From: an uncultured Gemmatimonadales bacterium
Lineage (GTDB): Bacteria; Gemmatimonadota; Gemmatimonadetes; Gemmatimonadales; Gemmatimonadaceae
DNA: 64,000 nt
Assembly: GCA_963850905.1 (NCBI GenBank)
Contig: CAWKMU010000003.1
Coordinates: 3,456,001 to 3,520,000, forward strand
Reading direction: 5' to 3'
Below, one piece after another: positions 9,477 through 19,211 of the stretch; the first letter of the stretch is position 1; the number at the start of each line of letters is the position of its first letter. Under the pieces are notes generated by a model. That model saw nothing but the letters and a program-made list of their open reading frames with translations, was not told the DNA's origin and searched no databases. The position numbers and the translations under genes were made by a program.

Positions 9477-11183
9477 TCACCTCCGAATCAGCTCGACCCT
9501 CCGATTCCGCGCACGACCTTCGAGCGTCGAATTCGAGTCTACCGGTGACGCAGCCCCAAACCCATTCGACGTCAGTCGATTGGTCCCGATGTGAAAACCC
9601 TTGACCAGGGTGTCGCGAACGGCCGCTGCGCGACGCTTCGAGAGTGCGAGATTGTACGGGTCGCCGCCAATGCTGTCCGTGTACCCGTTGATGGTGAGCG
9701 ACCAGTCTGGGTTTTTGTGCATCAAATCGGCGATCTCATGCAGGACCGGGCCAGACTCTTTCCGGATCGTCGCCTGCGCGAAATCGAAATAGATCCCGTA
9801 GACGAGCACCTTTCGCTCCTTCGTCAGCGCGCGCTCCATGCGCTGCTCGCCGGCGGCCTCGCCACCGGCGCCGCTTGCACCACCACCGCCTGCGCCGCCA
9901 CCGCCGCCGCCGCCACCACCTCCCCCACCCCCGCCTGCCCCGCCTCCGCGGCCTGCGCCTCCTGCACCGCCGCCTGACCCTGCTCCCCCTCCCGCTCCAC
10001 CTCCTCCGCCCGCACCCGCGCCGCCTCCGCCACCCCCTCCCCCTCCACCTGACCCGCCCCCGCCGTTCCCGGCCAAATCGCCCGCGTCATCGGAGATGCG
10101 GACCACCTGGACCCCCAGGGTCGTGTCCAGCTGCCAGACACCGTTCACGCGGACAAAGCCACTGCTATCCGTGTGCGTCGTGTCCTCTTTCAGTTCCATC
10201 TCCTTTCGCATCAGCACGAGTGGATCGCGTGGATCGTCGAGAATGAGGTACTCGCAGGCGGTGTAGCGGATTTCGGCATGCTCCGCATAGGTGACGCTCG
10301 CATTGGAGTCACACTGCACGTGCACAGCCGGCAAGTTCACGGGCGTATCGTTCAACAGCACCGGCACGCTGACCGGCCGCGCCTCCACCCGCCGGACAAA
10401 TTCATGGTCGGTTCGGAAGGCCCCGAAGCCATCGGGGACCACCACGCCGATCGTTTGCGTGTTGCCAGCTTTGATCGCTGCGAGCAATCGGGCGGAAAAT
10501 GTGATGGCCGTCGTGCCCAGGTGCACCTCCGGCGGGGCAGAAGCCGACTGCGACACGAAGAAGGGGGCATAGCCACACGACGTGTCCTGGTCGGCCCTCA
10601 AAGCGACCCGGCGGGTGTGAAGCGGCGTCGGGATACTCTTTCTCTTGAGGAAGTCGTACTTCGGGACGTCGCCTGAGATCTCGAAGCTCACCGCGCTATC
10701 GCCCAAGTCGGTGAGCCGCTTCATGGACTCGTAATCGCCGTCCCCCGTCGAGACCGCTGTGACCACGGTCAAACCGACGCGGAGCGGGACGGAGTCACCG
10801 TTCGCCGTACTCGACGCGCTCCACGGCCGATGGTCAGGGATCGAATCGGGCTCCGCACCATTGGGGCTCAGGCACTCCGACGCGGAGCGAATGACTCCCG
10901 CGCTCTCGGGTCGCGACGCACCGCTGGCGGTCGGCGCCGACCCCTGGGGTCCGGTTCCGGAATCAATCGGCAGTTGGTCGAGTCCCGACGTCTGGCCAGC
11001 ACTCGGTTCATTGTGGCGATGGCATGCGGCCAATGCGCAAAGCGCCTGCACCGCGCCGAGCGCCACGCTGATGCGAATGGTCGCGCGGCGACGGGTTCGG
11101 TGGTGCTGCAGTGATGCCTCTGCCACTGCGCTGCTCACGTCAAGGATGCAGGGCCTTGCCGATCGCCTGCTTGGCCGCGCCAC
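9477..11183 (-). CDS. OmpA-family (C-terminal peptidoglycan-binding) lipoprotein with long Gly linker; start uncertain
   Basis: Lipobox LAAC; YGIYFDF...INGYTDSIG...YNLALSKRRA...GRARNRRVEL; poly-Gly linker. Confidence 0.85.
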   Translation of the reverse strand: MARPSRRSARPCILDVSSAVAEASLQHHRTRRRATIRISVALGAVQALCALAACHRHNEPSAGQTSGLDQLPIDSGTGPQGSAPTASGASRPESAGVIRSASECLSPNGAEPDSIPDHRPWSASSTANGDSVPLRVGLTVVTAVSTGDGDYESMKRLTDLGDSAVSFEISGDVPKYDFLKRKSIPTPLHTRRVALRADQDTSCGYAPFFVSQSASAPPEVHLGTTAITFSARLLAAIKAGNTQTIGVVVPDGFGAFRTDHEFVRRVEARPVSVPVLLNDTPVNLPAVHVQCDSNASVTYAEHAEIRYTACEYLILDDPRDPLVLMRKEMELKEDTTHTDSSGFVRVNGVWQLDTTLGVQVVRISDDAGDLAGNGGGGSGGGGGGGGGGAGAGGGGGAGGGAGSGGGAGGAGRGGGAGGGGGGGGGGGGGGAGGGGASGAGGEAAGEQRMERALTKERKVLVYGIYFDFAQATIRKESGPVLHEIADLMHKNPDWSLTINGYTDSIGGDPYNLALSKRRAAAVRDTLVKGFHIGTNRLTSNGFGAASPVDSNSTLEGRARNRRVELIRR

Positions 11184-12216
11184 TGATGATGCTCTGATTC
11201 CCCGAGGGCGGAGTGGCGATCTGGCCGGTGCTGATCGCCGGGGTCGTGTTGGCGGGCAGCCCCGCCCGCTCCGCAGGAATGACCTCTTTGTTCGATTTCT
11301 CGTAGCCCGCCGGAATCACAAACAGGTCCGGAGCGGCAGGCTCACGCGACACATTCGTGATGCTGGTAACCAGGATCGAATTGCCCGCGCCTCGGTTGTC
11401 CGTCGTCGTCGCGCGCGCGACCGACAACAGCGGGATGCCGGGATCCATTTGGGCAATGGCGGCTTGCATCTTCGTGCGATAGTCGTCGGCGCCCGCCTGC
11501 ATGAAGATCCCGCCGACTTGAATGAACGGGTTGACGTCATCCTTCAACTCGGAGACGAAATAGTAGTCGGTCACCTTCTGTACTTTTTGTGTCGACGACA
11601 GCAGAAGGACCCGCACTTTCTGCGTGTAGCTCTCGGTGATGCGCCAGTGGTGGGCCTGCATCTCCTGAATGCTGGTGTCCGGCTGGACGCGCTGCACCGC
11701 GATCGCGACGTCACTGAGCTCGATGTGCAACAGCTTGCCGAAGGCCTGCTCCGCGGCGGCGTTGCCCATCAACTCGAAGTACTTCTTCTTCGATGGCGCC
11801 ACGACCGTGATCTCGGGCGCCCCACGCTTGACGAGGTAATACGAGCCGTGGCCATAGAACATCGGCTTGCCGCCGACCTGCTGGGGCCCGTCTGTCGGTG
11901 CGTCGACGTTGGTGGGCTCGAAGTAGGTGATCCGCGCGTTGTCGCCGGAGAGCTGTTCCGTTGCGATCTCCTCGAAGTCGTTGGCCTTGCCCTCGGCGTT
12001 CAGCCCATTGGACGTGACCGTGAACGTGTACGTCAGGACCTGATTCGCGCTCGCGGCTGCCGGCGTGGACGCGGCGGTCGCTGCGGGGGGTGGTGCGGCT
12101 GAAGTGGATGGCTGCTTCGTCTGTGCGTATGCCACGCCAGCGAGCGAGGCGACGGAGAACGGCAGCCATACGCGGCCGATCACAGATCGAAACGAGCCGT
12201 TCGGCATCGGAATCAT
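11140..12216 (-). CDS. Secreted beta-rich protein (DUF4412-like), paralog of 12269-13495
   Basis: Signal AYAQ; PSKKKYFEL, TDYYF, VNPF, PDLFVIPAGY. Confidence 0.65.
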   Translation of the reverse strand: MIPMPNGSFRSVIGRVWLPFSVASLAGVAYAQTKQPSTSAAPPPAATAASTPAAASANQVLTYTFTVTSNGLNAEGKANDFEEIATEQLSGDNARITYFEPTNVDAPTDGPQQVGGKPMFYGHGSYYLVKRGAPEITVVAPSKKKYFELMGNAAAEQAFGKLLHIELSDVAIAVQRVQPDTSIQEMQAHHWRITESYTQKVRVLLLSSTQKVQKVTDYYFVSELKDDVNPFIQVGGIFMQAGADDYRTKMQAAIAQMDPGIPLLSVARATTTDNRGAGNSILVTSITNVSREPAAPDLFVIPAGYEKSNKEVIPAERAGLPANTTPAISTGQIATPPSGNQSIISGAAKQAIGKALHP

Positions 12217-12268
12217 GGCGAAGTCCTCCGGAGAAATGACGAAGATCGTTCAGGGCGTGCCGAGATCC

Positions 12269-13495
12269 CTACTGTGGGAGGAGCTTGCTCAGCCTCTTCG
12301 CGGCGGAATCCATTCCTGGGTCACTCGACGGCGCGCCACTCGTGGTCCCGCCGGCGGCACCGGAAGGCGTCGAGCCGTTCCACGTGCTCGTCGTGCCGTT
12401 CGTCGCCGACCCGCTGGGCATGCCGCCCGCCGCCCCCGGTGTGGAGCCGTTCCACTGGTGACTCGTGGTCGCGTTCCCTGCTTGAGCACTGGCAGGATTG
12501 CCATTCGTCATCGCGGGCGTCGCACCCCGGTTCATGAGACCCGAGAGGGTCTGCATGAGCGTCGCAGGACCTTGGCCCCCTTGGATCTGCGTGTAACCAG
12601 CGGGGGGTTGAAACGTGGCGTCGGGAAAACTTGCGCGCGCAAACTCGACCAATGCCCACGTGACAGTTGTCGTGGTCTTCGTGCCCGCAGAGTCTGTCGC
12701 GACGTCGGTCATGACCTGCTTGACGGCAATGCCCTTGGGCAGCTTCGCTTGCAACGCGGACAGCTGCTTCCCGTATTCAGCCCCGAGCCAGGCGGTCTCC
12801 TGAATTGTCTGCGCAAATGGATTCACCATCATGGTCAGTGACGGCGTGAACCAGTAGTCAGTGGTCGAGTGCATCTTCGTGCTGTGGCCGGGCATCCCGA
12901 GGAACGACATGGTGAGCGTATAGTCCTGCGTGAGCCGGTACTTCACGGTCGCGAGCGGGCCGACCTTATCCCCCGCTCCGAGGGAAGCCAGGTCGAGCTT
13001 GACATCGGTCGCCTTCACTCCGAGTGCTGCGCCAAACCCGTTGACCGTCTTGGTCAGACCCGCGCTGAGTTTTTGGAGATCGAGCTGGAAGTACTTCATC
13101 ATCGAGGGCTTGTAGATCGTCACCGAGTGTCCGGTGTCGCGATAGATCATGAAATCGCCGGCGCCCATGACCGCGCCAAATTCGCCGGAGACGACATCGA
13201 TGCGCACGTTGCCATTCGCCATCGCGACGTGGGCAAGACCGGTGTTCGCGCCGGCGGTCGGCTGCCCGTCCGTGCTCGTCATACTCGTCGTCGTGAACTG
13301 GATGTCGTAGCGGAGGCCGTTGGGATCGTTGGTGCCCGTGCCGGCTGCCGCGGGGTGCGCAGCCGCAAGGAGAGACCCAATGATCAAGGGCGCTCCCACG
13401 ATCCCGAGGCGACCCAGCACCCGCAGGTCACGCGCTCGAGATGACTGCGCTAACGATGGTCCGAAGCTGCCTCGTACCGAAAACGACGTTGCCAT
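12269..13495 (-). CDS. Secreted beta-rich protein (DUF4412-like)
   Basis: RBS GGAGGA before ATG 13495; GNVRID, PSMMKYFQL, TDYWF, VNPF, DATFQPPAGY. Confidence 0.65.
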   Translation of the reverse strand: MATSFSVRGSFGPSLAQSSRARDLRVLGRLGIVGAPLIIGSLLAAAHPAAAGTGTNDPNGLRYDIQFTTTSMTSTDGQPTAGANTGLAHVAMANGNVRIDVVSGEFGAVMGAGDFMIYRDTGHSVTIYKPSMMKYFQLDLQKLSAGLTKTVNGFGAALGVKATDVKLDLASLGAGDKVGPLATVKYRLTQDYTLTMSFLGMPGHSTKMHSTTDYWFTPSLTMMVNPFAQTIQETAWLGAEYGKQLSALQAKLPKGIAVKQVMTDVATDSAGTKTTTTVTWALVEFARASFPDATFQPPAGYTQIQGGQGPATLMQTLSGLMNRGATPAMTNGNPASAQAGNATTSHQWNGSTPGAAGGMPSGSATNGTTSTWNGSTPSGAAGGTTSGAPSSDPGMDSAAKRLSKLLPQ

Positions 13496-13580
13496 GGGCG
13501 ATCCTCCGCGTGCGCCGACTCGCATGGTCCCCTGCGTGGGCTGCATCCGGCTAATCGTACGTAGGAGGCGCCGACGGTCG

Positions 13581-13694
13581 CCAATACTTTGTTTGGACCG
13601 CAATGATAGCCGCTGGCTATCACGGTGCTCGCCTGGCGTCTGGTCCCACGCGCAATAGGCGCCACCTATGGGCTCGCTCCAAGCAAAGTATTGG
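13581..13694. promoter_or_regulatory. Symmetric divergent control region with 17-bp inverted boxes and internal palindromes
   Basis: CCAATACTTTGTTTGGA (13581-97) vs TCCAAGCAAAGTATTGG (13678-94), 16/17 inverted match; TGATAGCC-gct-GGCTATCA at 13604-22. Confidence 0.6.
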
Positions 13695-13778
13695 ACCTGT
13701 CGTCGAGAGCGATGCACCCTCTTGCTCATTCGCCGGGCGACGGACGCGAGCGTTCATGACCTCTTACAGGACCCATGC

Positions 13779-15578
13779 ATGACCCACAGCCGGATTCACT
13801 CATCGGTTGCATACGACTTCGCCACACTGGCCGCGTGTGCCACTCTGTTGTCGGTGAGCGGTTGTCGAAAGCACGAATCCCCCGCCGGTGCAGGCGCGCC
13901 ATCACAGGCGGTCGCTCAGCCCTCAGACGGGACCAACGCGCCCGGGGGCTCGCCGAGTTCGCCGGCTCCTGCGGTGGACGCCACCCCCTCGGCTGCCCGG
14001 TCGTCCGACAGCTCGTCTGGATTCGTGGCGCCGGCATCGGCCCCGACCACTCCTGCCGCCATCGCAGCGGAATACGCCAATCGCCCAGATGCGCTCAAAC
14101 CAATGAGCCTGGCCGAGTTTCAGTACGGCGTCTCGCCGACGCGCAACAGCGATGTCACGTACCAGCCGGATGTCATCGTGATGGAACACGGCGCTGATGC
14201 CATTCACGGATACAGCTCCGATGGATTGACCTGGCTGCTGGATGCCAATGCCCCCCACGTCTCTGACCTCCAGCCCGGGAAGATCATGTTCGCCACCGGG
14301 CGCGCGGTCGGCCGCATTCTCGCGGTCACTCCGCATGGAAGTGACGTCGCCGTAACGCTCGGGCCAGCCGCCCTGACCGACGTCGTGTCCGACCTCCAGA
14401 TGTCCTTCGAGCAACCGGTCGACCTGAGCTCGGCGATCATGTACTCGGCGCCGAACGCACCGCTGGGCGGTGACCTGGCGCCGATGGTCAAGGACACGAC
14501 AAAAACGAGCGACGCCGAGACCGGCTACGGTGATGAGGTCGTGGTGGGTCGGGTACCCGAGAGAGGATGGGCAACCCCGATCATCCCCGCGAGCGACAGG
14601 ATCCGCACCGCTATCTCAGCTCGGCCAACGCATTGGGTCCGGTCGTCAGCGGCGCCCGTGCAGGGCGGAGCGGTCGGTCAGATCTTCAACATGGTCGGTC
14701 CGCTGGTCGGCCTCCCGCAACCCGTCAACATGTCGGGGTTCAAGGTGTCGCCGTACCAGGGCGGAGGGTTGGGAATCAGCATTGCGAGAAGTACGCCTGA
14801 CCTGATGATGGTGGCAAGCGGAGGTGTGAAGCTGGATCGCCCATCGCTCCGGGTGAATCTCAACATCGCGCACGGGAGCGTCGTGACCGCAGAGCTGGAG
14901 CTCAAGGGGGCGGCAGCGCTGCTGGTGGACATCCAGGCGGGCACGCAGGTCGGTCTCAAGGGCAACATCCACCAGGTCTACTACGTCCCGACGGATTTCA
15001 GCATCCCGATCTTCGGGAAAGCCGTGCCATTCGCGATCACCTTTCACCAGAGCTTCATCGTCAACACCGCCTTCACCGCCAAGAACAGCACATTGAACGC
15101 CGGCGGCGAAGAGGATTTTACGGGTTCCGTGTTCATGGGGCTTCACAATGGCTCGTGGGGCGTAGGTGCCCCGACGTCCATGACCGACAAGCGAGACTTG
15201 CTCCAATCGATCAACGGCGTCTCCCTCGGGGCCACCTCCCTCATCTTCGGGTGGGGAACCAAGATGATCGTGGGCATCGGCGCCTTCGGCTTTGCGACTG
15301 GCCCGTTCCTCGGGTACAACACGTCCGTCGCCGCCCTGCGGGGTTCAGACCTCACCACCGGATTGGTGCCGGTCCCCCCGTGTCACGGCGCCATCCTCTC
15401 GGTCAGCCTCAACGCCGGGGTCGGGTATTCGCTCCCTGCGCCATTCGTGAGCGCCGTGAATGCGGTCCTCAATCTGCTGCACCTCAACACGCAACTCCCA
15501 CCATCCGGCGGCGTGGCACATCAACAGACAGTGATTCGCGAGCAGAAGTCGGTCCCGAACAACTGCGCCTCGTTCTGA
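13779..15578 (+). CDS. Hypothetical lipoprotein with Pro/Ser/Ala linker and beta-rich C-terminal region
   Basis: Lipobox VSGC, typical codon usage, long ORF. Confidence 0.7.
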   Translation: MTHSRIHSSVAYDFATLAACATLLSVSGCRKHESPAGAGAPSQAVAQPSDGTNAPGGSPSSPAPAVDATPSAARSSDSSSGFVAPASAPTTPAAIAAEYANRPDALKPMSLAEFQYGVSPTRNSDVTYQPDVIVMEHGADAIHGYSSDGLTWLLDANAPHVSDLQPGKIMFATGRAVGRILAVTPHGSDVAVTLGPAALTDVVSDLQMSFEQPVDLSSAIMYSAPNAPLGGDLAPMVKDTTKTSDAETGYGDEVVVGRVPERGWATPIIPASDRIRTAISARPTHWVRSSAAPVQGGAVGQIFNMVGPLVGLPQPVNMSGFKVSPYQGGGLGISIARSTPDLMMVASGGVKLDRPSLRVNLNIAHGSVVTAELELKGAAALLVDIQAGTQVGLKGNIHQVYYVPTDFSIPIFGKAVPFAITFHQSFIVNTAFTAKNSTLNAGGEEDFTGSVFMGLHNGSWGVGAPTSMTDKRDLLQSINGVSLGATSLIFGWGTKMIVGIGAFGFATGPFLGYNTSVAALRGSDLTTGLVPVPPCHGAILSVSLNAGVGYSLPAPFVSAVNAVLNLLHLNTQLPPSGGVAHQQTVIREQKSVPNNCASF

Positions 15579-15679
15579 GCACGACCGCCACGCGCGGCGG
15601 CGGGGGGCGAGTACGACCCGGGGCCCGGCCGCGAGCGGCGACTTGGTGCTGATCGATTCCTCGGCGGTTTGCCGCTATA

Positions 15680-17110
15680 ATGGAGGTGATGACATCAGCG
15701 AAGTCGCCGCGCGACCGGAGCGCTGATCCCCAGCGGGTCACGAGCCACATGTTGCACCGGACGATCTCGAGTCAGCCCGAGGTCGTGGTCCACGGGGATC
15801 GGCTGACACTGACGTTGGCAGACGGTCGGCAGATCATTGACGCGTCAGGCGGCGCCGCCGTGGCGTGTATCGGACACGGCAATCGACGGGTGGCCGATGC
15901 GATCGCCGCCCAGGCGCGCAAGCTCGCTTATGCGCATACGGGTCTCTTTACCACCGAACCCGCCGAAGCACTCGCCAACCTGCTGCTGCACGATGAGCCG
16001 GGCGGACTCTCCCACGCCTTCTTTGTCTCGTCCGGGTCGGAGGCCGTCGAGAGCGCGCTGAAGCTCGCTCGCCAGTACTTCGTCGAGAAGGGCGAGTCTC
16101 GTCGCACTCGGTTCATCGCACGCCGCCAGAGCTATCATGGCAATACACTTGGCGCGCTCGCCGTCGGCGGCCACCTGGCACGCCGCGCTCCGTACGAGCC
16201 AATCCTCAGCACCGCGTTTAGTCACGTCTCGCCCTGCTTCGCATATCACTACCAGGCTGCTGGCGAATCAGAACAGCAATACGTCGAGCGCCTGGCGCAG
16301 GAATTGGACAGTGAGTTTCGCCGTCTGGGACCTGACACCGTCATCGCGTTCTGCGCCGAGCCCGTCGTGGGCGCTACATCGGGGTGCGTGGCGGCGGTCC
16401 CGGGATACTTCAAGGCGGTGCGGGAGGTGTGCCACCGGTACGGCGCCCTGTTGATCCTCGACGAGATCATGTGCGGGAGCGGCCGAACCGGAACAATGCA
16501 CGCGTGGGAGCAGGAGGGCGTAAGCCCCGATATCGAGACCCTCGGGAAGGGGTTGGGGGGTGGCTATCAGGCCATCGCCGGCATGCTCGTTTCACGACGC
16601 GTGGTTGATGCCCTCGCGAACGGATCTGGCGCGTTCATGCATGGCCACACGTATCAGGCACATCCCGTCGCCTGTGCCGCCGCCCTCGAGATCCAACGCA
16701 TCATCCAGGACGACGACCTGCTCTCCAACGTGCGCGCCATGGGGCGCCTGCTGGACGAGCAACTGCGCGAGCGATTTGGTGCTCACCCACACATCGGCGA
16801 CATCCGCGGACGTGGGCTCTTCATGGCCCTCGAGCTCGTCGAGGATCGCGAGCGCAAACTGCCTTTCGACCCCCGACTGGGGCTGCACGAGCGGGTCAAG
16901 TACAGCGCGCTCGAATGTGGACTCGGCGTGTATCCGAGCGGAGGAACGGTCGATGGTAAGGTAGGCGACCATGTGCTCCTCGCACCACCCTACATCGCGG
17001 GGCCCGACGACATCGAGATGATCGTGGACAGGTTGGCGCTCGCCATCGACACGACACTCAGCGCTTTGTCTCCATCGTCTAACGTCCATCGTCTAACGTC
17101 CAACGTCTAA
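15680..17110 (+). CDS. Class III PLP-dependent aminotransferase
   Basis: DASGGAAV, SGSEAVE, SYHGNT, DEIMCGSGRTG, PDIETLGKGLGGG, HGHTY. Confidence 0.92.
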   Translation: MEVMTSAKSPRDRSADPQRVTSHMLHRTISSQPEVVVHGDRLTLTLADGRQIIDASGGAAVACIGHGNRRVADAIAAQARKLAYAHTGLFTTEPAEALANLLLHDEPGGLSHAFFVSSGSEAVESALKLARQYFVEKGESRRTRFIARRQSYHGNTLGALAVGGHLARRAPYEPILSTAFSHVSPCFAYHYQAAGESEQQYVERLAQELDSEFRRLGPDTVIAFCAEPVVGATSGCVAAVPGYFKAVREVCHRYGALLILDEIMCGSGRTGTMHAWEQEGVSPDIETLGKGLGGGYQAIAGMLVSRRVVDALANGSGAFMHGHTYQAHPVACAAALEIQRIIQDDDLLSNVRAMGRLLDEQLRERFGAHPHIGDIRGRGLFMALELVEDRERKLPFDPRLGLHERVKYSALECGLGVYPSGGTVDGKVGDHVLLAPPYIAGPDDIEMIVDRLALAIDTTLSALSPSSNVHRLTSNV

Positions 17111-17134
17111 CGTCCAACGTCTAACGTCTGCCGT
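17072..17134. repeat. Heptamer tandem repeat, 9 units, spanning overlapping stop codons
   Basis: ccatcgt ctaacgt ccatcgt ctaacgt ccaacgt ctaacgt ccaacgt ctaacgt ctgccgt. Confidence 0.9.
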
Positions 17135-18996
17135 CCCCGCGGTATCACTGGCAGTTCGATAAACGATCCGTCTGCGCCGCCGCGCAGCACGGCGATCGTG
17201 ACGTCGCCTTGGGCCATCGCGGGCACACGTAGAAACGTCCCTTTATCCGCACCCGCGATCGCAATGCGCAGGCGGTGATTCGCCCGCAGCAACACCGACG
17301 TCGGCATCAGCTGGAAGGTCAGTGTCGCGGGCTCTCCGGGCACGAGGAGCTCCGCATCGGCTCGCGAGTAGGTGCGATAGGGATACGTGGTCTTGTATGG
17401 CGGCGGCGCGTGGGACAGCCGGCGATCCAAGGCCCGCAGTTCCCCTTCGGTCAGGTACGTGACACGACCGTCAGGTGCGACATCTTCCAGGTAGACGAAG
17501 AAGTTGCCGTCAGTATGTGTGGAGGTGACTCGCAGCGTGATGACTGCCTGCCCCGTGACTTCCAGATCCTCCGTGAGCGGCGCCCCGGTGTACACGAGCA
17601 GTCTCCGATCTGCCTCCGCCCGGTCTCCGTAGTCGATTGGCGGCCCGCCGGCTTGCGTGGCCCACCGATTGGCGGGGCCCGCAGAGGCATCGAAATCGAC
17701 CGCGTACGTATCACGTCCTGCGACCGTCGGCGCCGTTTTCGTGAGCGCGTTGCCGGCAGCGAGATACAGCCGCTCGCTGCGCGTGCCCGGCAGCGGCCAG
17801 ACAGTCGTCTTCTTCCACCTGTCCTCACCCATGGTGAAGTAATAGAGCGTGTGCGTCGCCATCAGCTCCGGCGTGTCGCTCACGTAATTCCTGAGAAAGC
17901 AGTAGATCATCTGCTCCTGAGCGTCTCGCGGCGGATCCAACGGCTCATTGGGATGAAAGACGTTCACGTCGTTGCGCGCGCCGTGCGTCCAGGGGCCGAT
18001 GATGGTGAGCTGGGGATTGGTCCAGTTGTTGAATCGATTCAAGAGCCCCTGCGCGATCCCCGAATCCAGCCAGCTTCCCCATCCGAAGATCGGAGCACGC
18101 GATTGCTCGATGGCGCGCTGGAGGTGGAAGACGCCCGCGTCATCGATCGGCATGCCTCCGAATTGTGTGAGGGGCTCGTCCTTGTAGGTCACTTGGTATG
18201 CAGCCTGGTCGAACCCCCACGGATTCATTTTGTGCTCCTCGACCGCGGCAGCCAATTGCGCCTCCCCGTCGGGTCCGTCGACCGGTCGCACACTGGCGCT
18301 CGAACCATCTGGTCCCTTGTTGAGATCCATCCGACGGACAAGGTCACCCCACTTGAGCGTCAGGGCCTCGCTGGTCACGCCACCCGGCATCAGCAGATCG
18401 GCGTAGAGATCAAAGTCAGCGAATTTGGGAGCGACGGCCTTGATCGCCGGTTCGCCATACGCGAGCGCCATGAGCGGCGTCGTACCGGGATAGGAGTTGC
18501 CCGTCATCACCACTCTCCCGTTCGACCACGACTGCGTTGCGATCCAGTTGGCGATAAAGCCGACGTCTTTCGACTCCAACGGCGAGTATGGGATGTACCA
18601 CTGGCCGAAGGACGCACCCGTGCCGCGTACGTCGGCGTTCACCACGGCGAATCCACGCGCAATCCAGAGTTTCTCACCGGCGGTCGGCTGGGCGCCCTTT
18701 TGGCCGCGCCAGTAGCGAGTCGCCGAATACAGGGTGGGGAGCTTCGTGTCCGGTGCAAGGTTCCGCGGGAGCAAAACGTCGATCGCCAGCTTCACACCAT
18801 CGCTCGCCGGGACGTACACGGATCGACGTTCGACGTCGACGTCGCCTGACGACACCGCACCACCGCACGATTGAAGCGCGGCTGGCAGCATGTGTGCGAG
18901 GTCGCCCGACGACTGTGCGGGCAAGACCGCTGCAATCACGACTGAGAGACTACCGGTCAGGCCGATCACTCGACCCGCTGCGTGCCGCCGTATCAT
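17107..18996 (-). CDS. CocE/NonD family serine hydrolase, exported
   Basis: DVRGTGAS, WSNGRV, GNSYPG, GPWTHG, PepX-like C-terminal domain; RBS GGGAGG. Confidence 0.9.
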   Translation of the reverse strand: MIRRHAAGRVIGLTGSLSVVIAAVLPAQSSGDLAHMLPAALQSCGGAVSSGDVDVERRSVYVPASDGVKLAIDVLLPRNLAPDTKLPTLYSATRYWRGQKGAQPTAGEKLWIARGFAVVNADVRGTGASFGQWYIPYSPLESKDVGFIANWIATQSWSNGRVVMTGNSYPGTTPLMALAYGEPAIKAVAPKFADFDLYADLLMPGGVTSEALTLKWGDLVRRMDLNKGPDGSSASVRPVDGPDGEAQLAAAVEEHKMNPWGFDQAAYQVTYKDEPLTQFGGMPIDDAGVFHLQRAIEQSRAPIFGWGSWLDSGIAQGLLNRFNNWTNPQLTIIGPWTHGARNDVNVFHPNEPLDPPRDAQEQMIYCFLRNYVSDTPELMATHTLYYFTMGEDRWKKTTVWPLPGTRSERLYLAAGNALTKTAPTVAGRDTYAVDFDASAGPANRWATQAGGPPIDYGDRAEADRRLLVYTGAPLTEDLEVTGQAVITLRVTSTHTDGNFFVYLEDVAPDGRVTYLTEGELRALDRRLSHAPPPYKTTYPYRTYSRADAELLVPGEPATLTFQLMPTSVLLRANHRLRIAIAGADKGTFLRVPAMAQGDVTIAVLRGGADGSFIELPVIPRGRQTLDVGR

Positions 18997-19211
18997 CGAT
19001 CCTCCCAGGGGTCGGCCACCGATTGGTCCTCGCCCCGCTGTTGGACAAACCGCGTCAGCCAACCTATCATGGCCGGAGAACTCAACGCGACGCCCGTGAT
19101 TCTGGAGAGGTCCCACGCGCGACGCAATGACCCGGTTTCTCCGATGGGGCACTCGTGGGTACCGTGATCACGGACTGGTCGCGCCCACAGCACCGCGTTC
19201 GGAGTGCGTGA

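Noticed and set aside
9838..10266. Poly-proline ORF
   Set aside because: Antisense of the Gly linker
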